Both the position numbers and the translations under genes were made by a program. The notes under the pieces are model-generated. The model saw nothing but the letters and a program-made list of their open reading frames with translations. It made no database searches and was not told the DNA's origin. Below, one piece after another: positions 10,110 to 20,277 of a DNA stretch of 64,000 nucleotides; position 1 is the stretch's first letter, and each line of letters begins with the position of its first letter. Source of the DNA: Halobacteriovoraceae bacterium (lineage in GTDB: Bacteria; Bdellovibrionota; Bacteriovoracia; Bacteriovoracales; Bacteriovoracaceae); assembly GCA_018646195.1 (NCBI GenBank), contig JABGVH010000199.1, positions 8,619 through 72,618 of the forward strand, written 5' to 3'.

Positions 10110-13100
10110 ATGAAGAAATTAATCCGATTTTTTATCGACCGGTCCTTCCTAGTCAACCTCATATCCGCCTTCATTATTATTGTAGGAGCAGTCTCATTTC
10201 TAAACATGAAGAGAGACCTCATCCCCACTATGAAGTTCAATATCGTCAAAATTACCTCATTACTCAAAGGCGCCTCTGCTATCGAGATGGAGAAATTAGT
10301 AACTTTCCCTATTGAAGAAAACCTCGATGGCCTGGCGGGAATAGACAGTATTAAGTCCTCAACAGAAAATGGCCTTTCAAAAATTACTATTGAGTTTGAA
10401 TCCTCCCATGAAGAAATCGGAGAAAGCGTTGAGTTAATCCGCGCGAGGGTAAATGGTATAAGAAGTGACCTACCATCTGGAATGGAGCCAATAATCGTTG
10501 AACGAGTTTCTGTCGATTCATATGAATTCTTAGATATAAGCATAAACGGGATCTCTCCTGAAAACGACCATGACCGAAAATGGGTTCATGCCATAGAAGA
10601 TTCTTTTAAAAAAATAAGAGGCGTGGTCAAGATCAATTCATCAATGCCCGATCGTAAAATTTTCGTAGACTTCAAACTTGCGAAATTATCACGTTACGGT
10701 CTTTCTGTTGATGAAGTAAAAACAAAGATTTCTGGATATTTCTCATTCGATCCAGTTGGTTCCTTTTCAAAGAATGAAAAGACGGTATCAGTCGAGCTGC
10801 GACAAAATATTAGCTCTATAGAGTCAATTCGAAATTTGCCCATAAGCGGGAACGAATCCGGTTTCAAAGTCTCTTTGGCCGATGTCGCCAACGTTGAATA
10901 CCGTTTTCCTGAGAGAAAAAAAATTACTTTGTACGATGGCCACCAGACCGTTTCCTTTACTGTCTTTAAGGATATAAGTAGCGATGCAATCGTTTTACGG
11001 GATAAAGTTAAAAATTCTATAAATGAATTAATTAGAATTCTCCCCTCCCATATAGAAGTTAAAATTACAGGGGATGGCGCACACTTTATTGAAAAGCAAC
11101 TGAATGTGCTAAAAGTTAATGGCCTCGGAGGACTAGTAATCGTCATGATTAGTCTTTTTTTCCTCTTGGGCTTTAGAGTAGCAACGATGACTGCGGCAGG
11201 GATTCCCTTGGCCTACTTTGGAACATTTATCGTACTTAATACTCTTGGAATATCTATCGATTTAATCTCAGTGGTTGGGATGATTTTAGTAATTGGTATT
11301 TTGGTCGATGATGCAATTATTGTCACCGAAAATTATGTTTTAAATCTAGATGCTGGTCTCTCCCCAAAAGAAGCCGCAACCGAAGCAGCCTATAGTACAA
11401 TAAAGCCTGTGACAGGGACGGTTATAACCACCGCCGTTGCCTTTGCGCCAATTCTATTCATAAAAAGTAGTGCTAGCCAAGTTCTCTATTCCATACCCGT
11501 TGTAATTATAACTTCTTTAATCCTCAGTTGGTTTGAATCTTTTTTTATCCTACCAAATCATTTAGCACATTTTGTGAAAAGCCCGTCAAAACGGAGCGAT
11601 AATAATTTCTTTAGGAAGCTGAGGTTAAAATATGAAGCGGTATTAAAGAAGGCCATTAAGTGGAGATATATTGTTCTCATCCTTCTCGCTAGCACCTTAA
11701 TTGCTTCATTTGTTTTAACCGGAAGTATGAAAAAATCTTTTAATTTGAGTATAGGTTCGGAATACCTTCAAGTTTCAGTCGAATTAAAAGAAAGCGATTC
11801 CCTGGAAGAGAGTATTGAAAAGTTAAAACCTTTTCATGATTATTTAAACACGCTCCGTAGCAAGGATGTCACTTTCATTAGTAGTGAAATAGGAAGTGTC
11901 TTTATTAATAATGAATTTAGAACTGCCTATAGATTTGCAACCGCAAAGATTATGATTAATGAAGATCACCCTTCTCCTGCAAAATTTCGAGAGGAATTGA
12001 AGAATAAAATAAAAAATAAAATGGAGACTATTAAAACAAATGAATTCAAAAATATAACAATAGATACAAAGACCAAAGGAAAAGATGATCAAGATATTGT
12101 TTCTATTTTCGTATCCGGTGGTGACAAATTGAGTTTTGAAGATTTACAAGAAAAACTAAGAGTTCTGCTCAAGAAAGTGCCAAATGTTATTTCTCTTGGC
12201 GACGACTCAAGATTATTTCAAAGTTCTTGGCAATTCTTGGTAAACCTAGATGAATTATTACGTTATAATGTAACCGCTAAGTCATTGGCTCAACAATTGA
12301 GCGAATTATTTAGTCCTAAAGAACTCGCTACCTTTAGAAATAAAGGAGAGAATATAGAACTTTTCTCGCAATATAAACGTAAAAATGACATCTCATTTAA
12401 AGAACTTTCAAAAATTAAAATAATTACTCCCAAAGGAATAGCAATTCCAGTGACAAAACTTGGCAGCTGGAGTCAAACGAAGATATTAAAATCCATCAAA
12501 CATGAAAATTTGTTGAGAAAGTTTGTAATAAATATTAGATATGACAAAGAAAAAACAACCAAGATGGATGTGGCAAAAAATATTAAAGCGACACTTGCCC
12601 CAATTATAAAAGAATATCCCGCCTTTACCTTCACGGTTCTAGAAGCATCCGAGCAAGAGGAGAAGAGTAAGGCTTGGATAATATCAATTGCGATAATTTG
12701 TATTCTATTAATTCTTTTAGTTCTCGCGATATGTCTCAATTCTGTTATTTTACCTTTTATTGTTATGATCCCAATCCCATTTGGAATCATCGGGATCATT
12801 TTGGCCCTTTACCTACATGGATTAGAGATTGAGATAATGGCGATAATAGGCTTGATAGGAATGGCGGGTGTTGTTGTAAATGATAGTCTCATCATGGTTG
12901 ACTCCGTCAATAAGCAAACTCTTGACTCTCCAGAGCTAGAGGGTAACGAGGCCATATTGATTGGTTCTTCATTGAGATTTAGAGCGATAATATTAACAAC
13001 TGTGACGACCATGGGAGGAGTATTCCCAATGGCATACGGCATTGGCGGTGAATCAGGTTTTACGCAACCACTAGCATTTTCGATGGGCTGGGGTCTCTTA

Positions 13101-13202
13101 TTTGCGACTTTCTTAACTCTATTTGTTCTGCCAGCATTGCTTGCAATACTTAACGACTTAAAGAAACTTTTTCGGATTTTATTTATAAAAATGAATTTTT
13201 AA
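10110..13202 (+). CDS. RND efflux transporter permease (AcrB/AcrD/AcrF family)
   Basis: 1,030 aa with two large periplasmic loops and 12-TM-type layout. Motifs GILVDDAIIVTENY and AGVVVNDSLIMVDS. Confidence 0.9.
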   Translation: MKKLIRFFIDRSFLVNLISAFIIIVGAVSFLNMKRDLIPTMKFNIVKITSLLKGASAIEMEKLVTFPIEENLDGLAGIDSIKSSTENGLSKITIEFESSHEEIGESVELIRARVNGIRSDLPSGMEPIIVERVSVDSYEFLDISINGISPENDHDRKWVHAIEDSFKKIRGVVKINSSMPDRKIFVDFKLAKLSRYGLSVDEVKTKISGYFSFDPVGSFSKNEKTVSVELRQNISSIESIRNLPISGNESGFKVSLADVANVEYRFPERKKITLYDGHQTVSFTVFKDISSDAIVLRDKVKNSINELIRILPSHIEVKITGDGAHFIEKQLNVLKVNGLGGLVIVMISLFFLLGFRVATMTAAGIPLAYFGTFIVLNTLGISIDLISVVGMILVIGILVDDAIIVTENYVLNLDAGLSPKEAATEAAYSTIKPVTGTVITTAVAFAPILFIKSSASQVLYSIPVVIITSLILSWFESFFILPNHLAHFVKSPSKRSDNNFFRKLRLKYEAVLKKAIKWRYIVLILLASTLIASFVLTGSMKKSFNLSIGSEYLQVSVELKESDSLEESIEKLKPFHDYLNTLRSKDVTFISSEIGSVFINNEFRTAYRFATAKIMINEDHPSPAKFREELKNKIKNKMETIKTNEFKNITIDTKTKGKDDQDIVSIFVSGGDKLSFEDLQEKLRVLLKKVPNVISLGDDSRLFQSSWQFLVNLDELLRYNVTAKSLAQQLSELFSPKELATFRNKGENIELFSQYKRKNDISFKELSKIKIITPKGIAIPVTKLGSWSQTKILKSIKHENLLRKFVINIRYDKEKTTKMDVAKNIKATLAPIIKEYPAFTFTVLEASEQEEKSKAWIISIAIICILLILLVLAICLNSVILPFIVMIPIPFGIIGIILALYLHGLEIEIMAIIGLIGMAGVVVNDSLIMVDSVNKQTLDSPELEGNEAILIGSSLRFRAIILTTVTTMGGVFPMAYGIGGESGFTQPLAFSMGWGLLFATFLTLFVLPALLAILNDLKKLFRILFIKMNF

Positions 13203-13203
13203 A

Positions 13204-14235
13204 TTAATCACCAATCTCAAAACGCATAGGCGCATTCATAACCTGTCCAATTACATCCCGAGGATCTTTCTTCTCATACAACACAGTATAGAGGCCATTA
13301 AATATTCTTGCGCTGATCTCATATTTTTGCGAGATCAAATAGGCAGCTTTGGTAGTTTTATAACCCTCGACAACAGTTCTTTGCCCGTTGATAATTTCTT
13401 CTGCAGTTCGGCCTTTAGCTAGCTCAAGGCCAAAGGTCTTATTTCTAGACAGGTCGCCAGTTGTTGTCAGGATTAAATCCCCCATCCCCGACAGCCCATA
13501 AAAAGTTTCAGACCTGGCATTGTAAACGACACCAAATCGCAACATCTCAGAAATTCCTCTCGTAATCATTGCAGCACGCGTGTTGTAATTGAAACCAAGC
13601 CCCTCAATAATTCCTCCGGCAATCGCTAGTACATTTTTTAAAGCGCCTCCTAAAAGCACCCCTTTGATGTCATAGGATCCCATTGTTTTAAAATAGGGTG
13701 TCTCTAACATTTTTGCTACAGCAGTTAATGTTTGTCGAGAGCGGCCAGCAAGTGTCACAATAGTAATCTGCTCTTCCATTATTTCTTTGGCAAATGAAGG
13801 ACCTGATAAAAATACAAAATTGTCTTTAAAGAATGGAAAATATTCGAAGAACAAATCGTCTGAAAGCTCAAGTGTTTCGGGGTCAATACCTTTTGAGAGA
13901 GACACAAGAGGAATGCCTTTCTTAAAATAATTTTCAAATCGATCAAAATTATCTTTAAAAAAATGAGCGATGCCTGCTGTAGGAAGTCCACTGACTATTA
14001 AGTCTATTTTGCCATCCAGTAGTTGGTCGGCTTCCTCCCAGCTTAAAGCTGGAATGAGATTTTTTGCGATCGGAAGGCCAGGCAAGTAAACTTTATTTTC
14101 GCCTTCCTTGATACTATCGTAAACGTCTTGGGACCTAACTTTTAGGACTACTTTTTTAAAATTCTTGGCAAGTACTGAAGCAATAGAAGTCCCGAAGGCA
14201 CCAGCACCAATAACTAAAACTGAATCATACTTCAT
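13204..14235 (-). CDS. gpsA: NAD(P)H-dependent glycerol-3-phosphate dehydrogenase
   Basis: Rossmann start VLVIGAGAFGTSIASVLA. Motifs GALKNVLAIAGG and DLSRNKTFGLELAKG. Confidence 0.9.
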   Translation of the reverse strand: MKYDSVLVIGAGAFGTSIASVLAKNFKKVVLKVRSQDVYDSIKEGENKVYLPGLPIAKNLIPALSWEEADQLLDGKIDLIVSGLPTAGIAHFFKDNFDRFENYFKKGIPLVSLSKGIDPETLELSDDLFFEYFPFFKDNFVFLSGPSFAKEIMEEQITIVTLAGRSRQTLTAVAKMLETPYFKTMGSYDIKGVLLGGALKNVLAIAGGIIEGLGFNYNTRAAMITRGISEMLRFGVVYNARSETFYGLSGMGDLILTTTGDLSRNKTFGLELAKGRTAEEIINGQRTVVEGYKTTKAAYLISQKYEISARIFNGLYTVLYEKKDPRDVIGQVMNAPMRFEIGD

Positions 14236-14495
14236 AAGCTAATCACCCCTTCAATGCCTGCTACGCGGTGATATACCTCGATTATCGCATCTGACGTCTC
14301 GAAAGTTCCCGTCACGGTAAGACTGACGAAATTTCCATTTTTAGAAGGCTTTTCAACAATCTCAAAGCCTTTCATTTTGGCCTTCAATTCATCGCACTTG
14401 GGAAATTTTACAATAAATTTATATTTGTATTCACATGGAAAGGTATAACTATCTTCAAGAAGATTCTTCAAATTTTTGAACTGATCGTCAGTCAT
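14232..14495 (-). CDS. DUF493 / YbeD-like small protein
   Basis: 87 aa with a YTFPCEYKYKFIV-type motif. It overlaps both neighbours by 4 nt. Confidence 0.6.
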   Translation of the reverse strand: MTDDQFKNLKNLLEDSYTFPCEYKYKFIVKFPKCDELKAKMKGFEIVEKPSKNGNFVSLTVTGTFETSDAIIEVYHRVAGIEGVISL

Positions 14496-15046
14496 AATTC
14501 AAGCTCGGGAATTTCTGGTACAATTCCTTGGGCATAGCGGACCAAATCGATGACTTCTCGTGCACAACCATTTCCAGGCATTCTCTCCGAGACATAATCG
14601 ACACTTTCTTGAATTTCTAAACTTGCTATTGAAGTCGTAACAGAAAACCCTGCTGCCTTAAGAAGTGGCAAATCAAAAAACTCATCCCCCATATAGAGAA
14701 TTTCTTCAGGAGAATAACCCATATCTAAAATTTTCTTAAAGCCTTCTCGCTTATCTTCATTCCCTCTATAGACGAAGTCGACTGTCAGATTTTTTTCAAA
14801 ACGCTCAATGACACTTTGAGAATCTCCACCAGTAATAATTCCTACTTTGAGCCCGGCCTTCATTAAAATCTTAAATCCATAACCATCTAATGCATGAAAT
14901 GTTCGATTCCATTGCATCTCCTGCCCTTGATATTGCAGGTCCCCTGCGGTCAAAACTCCGTCCAGATCAAAGGCGCAGACTTTAATTTTGCAAAGTTTCT
15001 CTTTATAGTGCTCGGCAATTTTTCGAAAATCGGTTCCTCTTATCAT
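14492..15046 (-). CDS. kdsC: 3-deoxy-D-manno-octulosonate 8-phosphate phosphatase (HAD family)
   Basis: HAD motifs FDLDGVLT and MGDEFFDLPLLKAAG. 184 aa, immediately downstream of kdsA with a 4-nt overlap. Confidence 0.8.
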   Translation of the reverse strand: MIRGTDFRKIAEHYKEKLCKIKVCAFDLDGVLTAGDLQYQGQEMQWNRTFHALDGYGFKILMKAGLKVGIITGGDSQSVIERFEKNLTVDFVYRGNEDKREGFKKILDMGYSPEEILYMGDEFFDLPLLKAAGFSVTTSIASLEIQESVDYVSERMPGNGCAREVIDLVRYAQGIVPEIPELEL

Positions 15047-15843
15047 TGGATGGCCTCATAGATTTTAAGCAATTCTGAAACGGTATCTTTTATGCTGGAT
15101 AATGGAAGACATGTGCTTGCATCCGATAATGCTTTTTCTGGAGTCGGATGAGTTTCAATAAAAACACCGTCTGCTCCTGCTGCGACAGCTGCCCTGGCCA
15201 ATACAAGGACTTGTTCCCTTTTCCCACCAGTCGCGCTTCCTAAGCCACCCGGTCGCTGGACACAGTGAGTTGCATCGTGGACAGTCCGCACACCGAAACT
15301 TTTCATAATTTGAAAAGAGGCCATATCGACGACTAGATTATTATATCCAAATGAGCTACCTCGCTCAGTTAATAGGATCTGCTCTTTTGCTAAAAAATTG
15401 GCTGCTTTCTCAACGATGTTTCCGGTCTCTTCGGGAGAGAGAAACTGACCTTTCTTTATTTTTAAAATTCTATTATATTTTTTACAAGCCTCAGCCCCTG
15501 AAATAATCATGTCTGTCTGGCGGCATAAGAAAGCTGGCACCTGTAAAATATCTACACTCTCCGCTACTTTTTCCGCTTGTTCTGGGAAATGAAAATCGGT
15601 AAGAGTTTTTAAAGAGTATTTCTCTTTTACATTGTTTAAAATCGCGAGTCCTTTCTCAATCCCAGGTCCCCTATAGGAATTAATTGATGTCCTATTTGCT
15701 TTGTCGAAACTGCCTTTAAAAGTGAAGTTAACTTTTGAGGAAAATTCACTAAGGTCATTCTTTACTGTTTCTGCTATTTGAAAAGCCAACTCTTCGCTTT
15801 CAAGAACGCATGGCCCAATAAAAAGCTCTAATTTCTTTGTCAT
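15043..15843 (-). CDS. kdsA: 2-dehydro-3-deoxyphosphooctonate aldolase (Kdo8P synthase)
   Basis: Motifs LFIGPCVLES, KGSFDKANRTS and VHDATHCVQRPGG. 266 aa. Confidence 0.9.
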   Translation of the reverse strand: MTKKLELFIGPCVLESEELAFQIAETVKNDLSEFSSKVNFTFKGSFDKANRTSINSYRGPGIEKGLAILNNVKEKYSLKTLTDFHFPEQAEKVAESVDILQVPAFLCRQTDMIISGAEACKKYNRILKIKKGQFLSPEETGNIVEKAANFLAKEQILLTERGSSFGYNNLVVDMASFQIMKSFGVRTVHDATHCVQRPGGLGSATGGKREQVLVLARAAVAAGADGVFIETHPTPEKALSDASTCLPLSSIKDTVSELLKIYEAIQ

Positions 15844-15862
15844 TACATTTCCCTCAGGAGTA

Positions 15863-17500
15863 TTAATTTCCGCGTTTAATATTATCTGCTTCAGCTATAA
15901 AGTTGAAAAACATAGGATGTGGTTCATAAGGACGAGACTTAAACTCAGGGTGATACTGACATCCAATAAAGAAAGGGTGATTTTCTAGCTCGATCACTTC
16001 CACTAAGTTTAAATTTTTATTAGTTCCTGAAATAACCATTCCAGCCTCTTTAATATTTTCGAGGTATTTATTATTAACTTCAAGGCGATGACGGTGGCGC
16101 TCGCTTATCTCGCTTCTATCATAGATTTTATAGGCTAAGGTTCCCTTCTCAAGGTGGCAATCATAGGCACCAAGCCTCATGGTTCCCCCCTTGGCCCTAG
16201 TCTCACTTTGCCCTTCCATATAATGAACAACTGGGCTCCCTTTTTTTGAGAATTCTTCCGACGTTGCATCTTTAATCCCTGCTACTGAACGAGCAAATTC
16301 GACCAGTGCAAGTTGCATTCCGAGGCATATTCCAAAATAGGGAATATTTTTTTCTCTTGCATAGCGAACCGCATTTATTTTTCCTTCCGTTCCTCTTTCT
16401 CCAAACCCACCTGGAACCAAAATTCCTTGGACTTCCGATAAAAGTCCATCCATCTTTTCTTTGGATTCTAAATCTTCAGAATCTATAAATACAGGCTCTA
16501 ATTTTAATTGATTTGCTACAGCAGCATGTCGCAAGGCCTCATCAAGGGATTTGTAGGATTCAATCAGTTCGGTATACTTGCCGACGATTCCAATTTTGAC
16601 AGCCCTCAGAGGGTGATTAAAGTTATAAACCACTTTTTCTAGGTCTTCCATATTTGGTCGTGCTGTCCACATCCCCAATTGTTCGGTGATTTTTTCATCC
16701 AACCCTTGTTTGTGAAACTCAAGTGGTACTTTGTAAATTGAGTCGACATCAATAGAGCTATAAACATGATCCTTAGGAACATTACAAAACAAAGAAATTT
16801 TGTCTAAAATTCCCTCTTCGATCTCGCGATCGGAGCGGCAAATGATTATATTTGGGAACAACCCCATCGATCGCATTTCTTTTACTGAATGCTGAGCTGG
16901 TTTTGACTTTAATTCTCCTGCTGCATTTATATAGGGAAGCAGTACCAAATGTATGTAGAGAACATTTTCAGGCCCTACGTCTGCAGCAAATTGCCTTATC
17001 GACTCGACATAAGGAGTCGACTCAATATCACCAATTGTCCCCCCGATTTCGCCTATCAACAAATCGGCATCTTCGGCAGCCACTAAAATTCTACGTTTTA
17101 TTTCATTTGTAATATGTGGAACAACCTGAACCGTTTTACCTAGGTACTTACCTTCTCTTTCGTTCTCAATTACCTGCAAGTAGACCTGTCCAGTTGTAAA
17201 ATTTGAAGACTTGGAGAGAGTTAAACTTGTGAATCGTTCGTAATGTCCTAAGTCCAAGTCAGTTTCGGCTCCATCATCTGTTACGAAAACTTCTCCGTGC
17301 TGAGTGGGACTCATGGTACCTGGGTCGACATTAATATAAGGGTCCATTTTTAGCATATTTATTTTAATGCCTCTGCGTTCTAACAAAGCTGCAATACTAG
17401 CAGCTGCTAAACCTTTTCCTAGAGAGCTTGCCACTCCTCCAGTTACGAAGATGTACTTCTTAGTTCCCTTTTTACCTTTTTTCTGTGCTCCAGGATTCAA
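15863..17500 (-). CDS. pyrG: CTP synthase
   Basis: Motifs YIFVTGGVASSLGKG, glutaminase GICLGMQ and QYHPEF. 545 aa with a short Lys-rich N-terminal extension. Confidence 0.95.
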   Translation of the reverse strand: MNPGAQKKGKKGTKKYIFVTGGVASSLGKGLAAASIAALLERRGIKINMLKMDPYINVDPGTMSPTQHGEVFVTDDGAETDLDLGHYERFTSLTLSKSSNFTTGQVYLQVIENEREGKYLGKTVQVVPHITNEIKRRILVAAEDADLLIGEIGGTIGDIESTPYVESIRQFAADVGPENVLYIHLVLLPYINAAGELKSKPAQHSVKEMRSMGLFPNIIICRSDREIEEGILDKISLFCNVPKDHVYSSIDVDSIYKVPLEFHKQGLDEKITEQLGMWTARPNMEDLEKVVYNFNHPLRAVKIGIVGKYTELIESYKSLDEALRHAAVANQLKLEPVFIDSEDLESKEKMDGLLSEVQGILVPGGFGERGTEGKINAVRYAREKNIPYFGICLGMQLALVEFARSVAGIKDATSEEFSKKGSPVVHYMEGQSETRAKGGTMRLGAYDCHLEKGTLAYKIYDRSEISERHRHRLEVNNKYLENIKEAGMVISGTNKNLNLVEVIELENHPFFIGCQYHPEFKSRPYEPHPMFFNFIAEADNIKRGN

Positions 17501-18258
17501 TCTAAAACTCCTTCCACAACCGCCACATCTTCAGGCGTATCAACCCCAAATAGTTCGGTTTTAGTTTCATAGGCTCCAATTCTCATTCCCATTTCAAGGG
17601 CACGTAATTGCTCCAATTTTTCAATTTCTTCATAATACGATGCTTTGCTCTGACAAAATGCTACAAGTGCTTTCGGCAAAAAAGAGTAGACTCCGGCCTG
17701 AAAAAACCAATGCCCTTCAAATTTTTCACCAGAATTATCTCTGCTATATGGAATAGGTGCCCTCGAAAAATAATGGCACTCTCCAGTTTTCTCACTAAAA
17801 ATAGTTTTAACCTTATTCGGATCTGCGAAATGTTCGAAGCTCGACTCTCTTCGCAACATTGTACAAATATCAAAGTCCCTCTCTAGATGAAATTTTGCTA
17901 ATTCCAGGATTTCACTTCCTGGAAGCAAAGGCTCATCACCCTGAACATTTATAATTAAATCCCAATTCTCTTCCTTAAAAAACCGCTGGTAACCTAAATA
18001 AATGCGATCAGTTCCTGAGACAGTGTCATCATCAACTCGTCGAACCTCACCACCCATATCTTTTATATGGTCTTCGATTCGTGAATCATCTGTGAGTACG
18101 ACGGCCTTTATTTGAATAGAAGAGTCGGATATACTCTGAGCGTTTTGCAACACTCTGGAGATCATTGACTTTCCTTTTAGGGGTGCAAGAGGCTTGCCAG
18201 GGAACCTGGAACTTTCAAACCGAGCCGGAATGAGGACCAAAACCTTATATTCCTGCAT
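17497..18258 (-). CDS. kdsB: 3-deoxy-manno-octulosonate cytidylyltransferase (CMP-Kdo synthetase)
   Basis: Motifs LIPARFESSRFPGKPL and INVQGDEPL. 4-nt overlap with pyrG. Confidence 0.9.
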   Translation of the reverse strand: MQEYKVLVLIPARFESSRFPGKPLAPLKGKSMISRVLQNAQSISDSSIQIKAVVLTDDSRIEDHIKDMGGEVRRVDDDTVSGTDRIYLGYQRFFKEENWDLIINVQGDEPLLPGSEILELAKFHLERDFDICTMLRRESSFEHFADPNKVKTIFSEKTGECHYFSRAPIPYSRDNSGEKFEGHWFFQAGVYSFLPKALVAFCQSKASYYEEIEKLEQLRALEMGMRIGAYETKTELFGVDTPEDVAVVEGVLD

Positions 18259-18333
18259 GAACTGCCTCTCAAATTAATCAGGGTAAGTTTTACCACGAGC
18301 CCCTCTCAAAGAAAAGTTTGATAAAATGATTAC

Positions 18334-18687
18334 ATGACACGTTACGTATTTGGTTTTCTAATTCTTATTGGAGTACTCAGCACCTTAAATCTTGCACTGG
18401 GTCAGGACTATAAGAGCACTGTTGTCACGGATCCTAGTATAAGTAGGCGCTGTGAGGAGTTGCTATCTAAGAGGACCCGCAAGGTGGGCCATAAGCAAAA
18501 GATCCTGGCACTACTCATCCGCAATGAGCACCTCCAAAAAATTACCCCTCCTGCCCGTATTTCGGTCCTAAGGAAGTTAAAGAAAAACTTCCGTCATCTT
18601 AGGCACGAGCTAGAATTGACTCAAACTCAACTAGACCATCACGAAGAAAATATTATTCGGAAAGGCTGCCCAGGTATCGCCCTTTAA
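18334..18687 (+). CDS. Small secreted protein, unknown function
   Basis: 117 aa with a signal peptide (FGFLILIGVLSTLNLALG), a basic helical body and two Cys. No recognised domain. Confidence 0.4.
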   Translation: MTRYVFGFLILIGVLSTLNLALGQDYKSTVVTDPSISRRCEELLSKRTRKVGHKQKILALLIRNEHLQKITPPARISVLRKLKKNFRHLRHELELTQTQLDHHEENIIRKGCPGIAL

Positions 18688-18773
18688 ATTGCTACATTTA
18701 ACTTCACAGAGCGGATTGACTGTCTTACAATTTTACTCAGACAAAGAAATTACACACGGACTGAGAGTAATAT

Positions 18774-20276
18774 TTGCGCCCACCAATCCTATTGGCATTG
18801 ACCTTTCTTCTATCTGCGCCTATCTGGGCCCAGGATACGGTCAAAGCCGACCAAGCAAAATCAGATAATGAATTGATTCCCACCAGGGCGAAAGTTCCTG
18901 AGGCCCTTCTCAAAAATGGCTACGTTCAAAGAGTAGACAGCCTAACCTTCAAAGAAAAGGTAAAGGCAATTAGCTTAACGGATGTCATCGAAAAGGGAAT
19001 TAGGGCCAATTATACCGAGCAAGAACGAAAGCACGAAAAGGAAATTTTAGATATTGGTTGGGAAGATAGCTGGTCTGATTTTTGGATGCCTCAACTTACT
19101 CTGACCTTGAGTACTTCAGAGCAAAGAGTGGGAACCTTAAAAAAAGGTGGAATAGAAAATTCCAGAACAAGCGATGTCCCTGGAGGAGTCCTTGGACTCT
19201 CCATGGGTGATTATACCGTTTTTAACTGGGGAAAAGATTACCTTGCCTTTCTTAATACAAAAACCACTTACAATCGCTCCACTAAAAAGTTAAAAGAATT
19301 ACGAAGAGACTTAAAGCATGATTTAATTATAAAATATTTTGAAGTAGCGGCCTTCCAAGAAATTCAAACTCTACGAAAAGAGCAGCTAAGGCATTCCTCT
19401 TTTGTATATCGACTGAATCGAGAAAAAATAACCTTAAAAAAAATACGTAAACAGGACTATTACCAGGCGAGAGCAGAATACCTAAGAGCACAGACAGATT
19501 TTCATCAATCTAAAGTTGATGCCTCGGTGGTAGAAGAAGAATTAGCGGAACAGATCACAGATGCTCCGGGAACCAAATACTTATTGAGGGAAAGGCTAGT
19601 ATACCAACCGCTGAATACTACTATAGATGAATCGATGGCGATGGTTAGTAAAAGCAATACCATCGTTCTTGACGCCCTTTCTAGCCTGACTAATGCCAAA
19701 CGTAATTATGACTTAACTTTGAGAGAGAATCTTCCGCTCCCAAAATTTACCGTCAATCTTGGAGCCTACAACCATTCCTTTGGTCAAAATCAGCTTCAAA
19801 CTCGCTATGAAACTAATGCAGGTAGAGATATTGAACTCGTCGCGACGATAAATGCTAGTTGGACCATCACTGGCTCTGGCGGCTTTTTTAATGGCCGCAA
19901 AACTAGAAAAGCCTCTCTACAAAAAAGCTTGGCGCTTAAAAAGCTTCAAAATGCCACTCATGGCTCAAAGTCTGACATTCGTATCCATTATAGAAAAATA
20001 CGCCATCTACAAAACCAAATGACCATTTTGAGGGCGAGGACTTCTAATCTCCAAAAAACTTTCGACACAATCTTAGAAAATTACCTCAATAAGAGAGCTC
20101 GCTACAACGACTTTCACCATGCGCTTAACGAGAAAATTGACGTTGAAATCCTAATGGAACAAACAAAATTCTTACACGCGCGCGAAAAACTTTTATTAGC
20201 TAAAACCATAGGGATCGAAGACTTCCCAGGAGAAAATTTCGAAAAAATGGCGAAACCTCTGGATAAGGAAAAATAA
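18774..20276 (+). CDS. TolC-family outer membrane efflux protein
   Basis: TTG start and signal peptide (LTFLLSAPIWAQD). 500 aa with a two-fold repeated helical/beta layout typical of outer membrane efflux proteins. Family-level call from memory. Confidence 0.7.
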   Translation: MRPPILLALTFLLSAPIWAQDTVKADQAKSDNELIPTRAKVPEALLKNGYVQRVDSLTFKEKVKAISLTDVIEKGIRANYTEQERKHEKEILDIGWEDSWSDFWMPQLTLTLSTSEQRVGTLKKGGIENSRTSDVPGGVLGLSMGDYTVFNWGKDYLAFLNTKTTYNRSTKKLKELRRDLKHDLIIKYFEVAAFQEIQTLRKEQLRHSSFVYRLNREKITLKKIRKQDYYQARAEYLRAQTDFHQSKVDASVVEEELAEQITDAPGTKYLLRERLVYQPLNTTIDESMAMVSKSNTIVLDALSSLTNAKRNYDLTLRENLPLPKFTVNLGAYNHSFGQNQLQTRYETNAGRDIELVATINASWTITGSGGFFNGRKTRKASLQKSLALKKLQNATHGSKSDIRIHYRKIRHLQNQMTILRARTSNLQKTFDTILENYLNKRARYNDFHHALNEKIDVEILMEQTKFLHAREKLLLAKTIGIEDFPGENFEKMAKPLDKEK

Positions 20277-20277
20277 G

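Noticed and set aside
10106-11146. Minus-strand ORFs of 145 aa and 150 aa (10106..10543 and 10694..11146), plus similar shadows at 12473..12799 and 12809..13042 inside the RND gene.
   Set aside because: They lie entirely antisense to a 1,030-aa gene with clear family motifs. Their Ser/Ile/Phe-rich composition is typical of antisense shadows in AT-rich DNA, and they carry no motifs.
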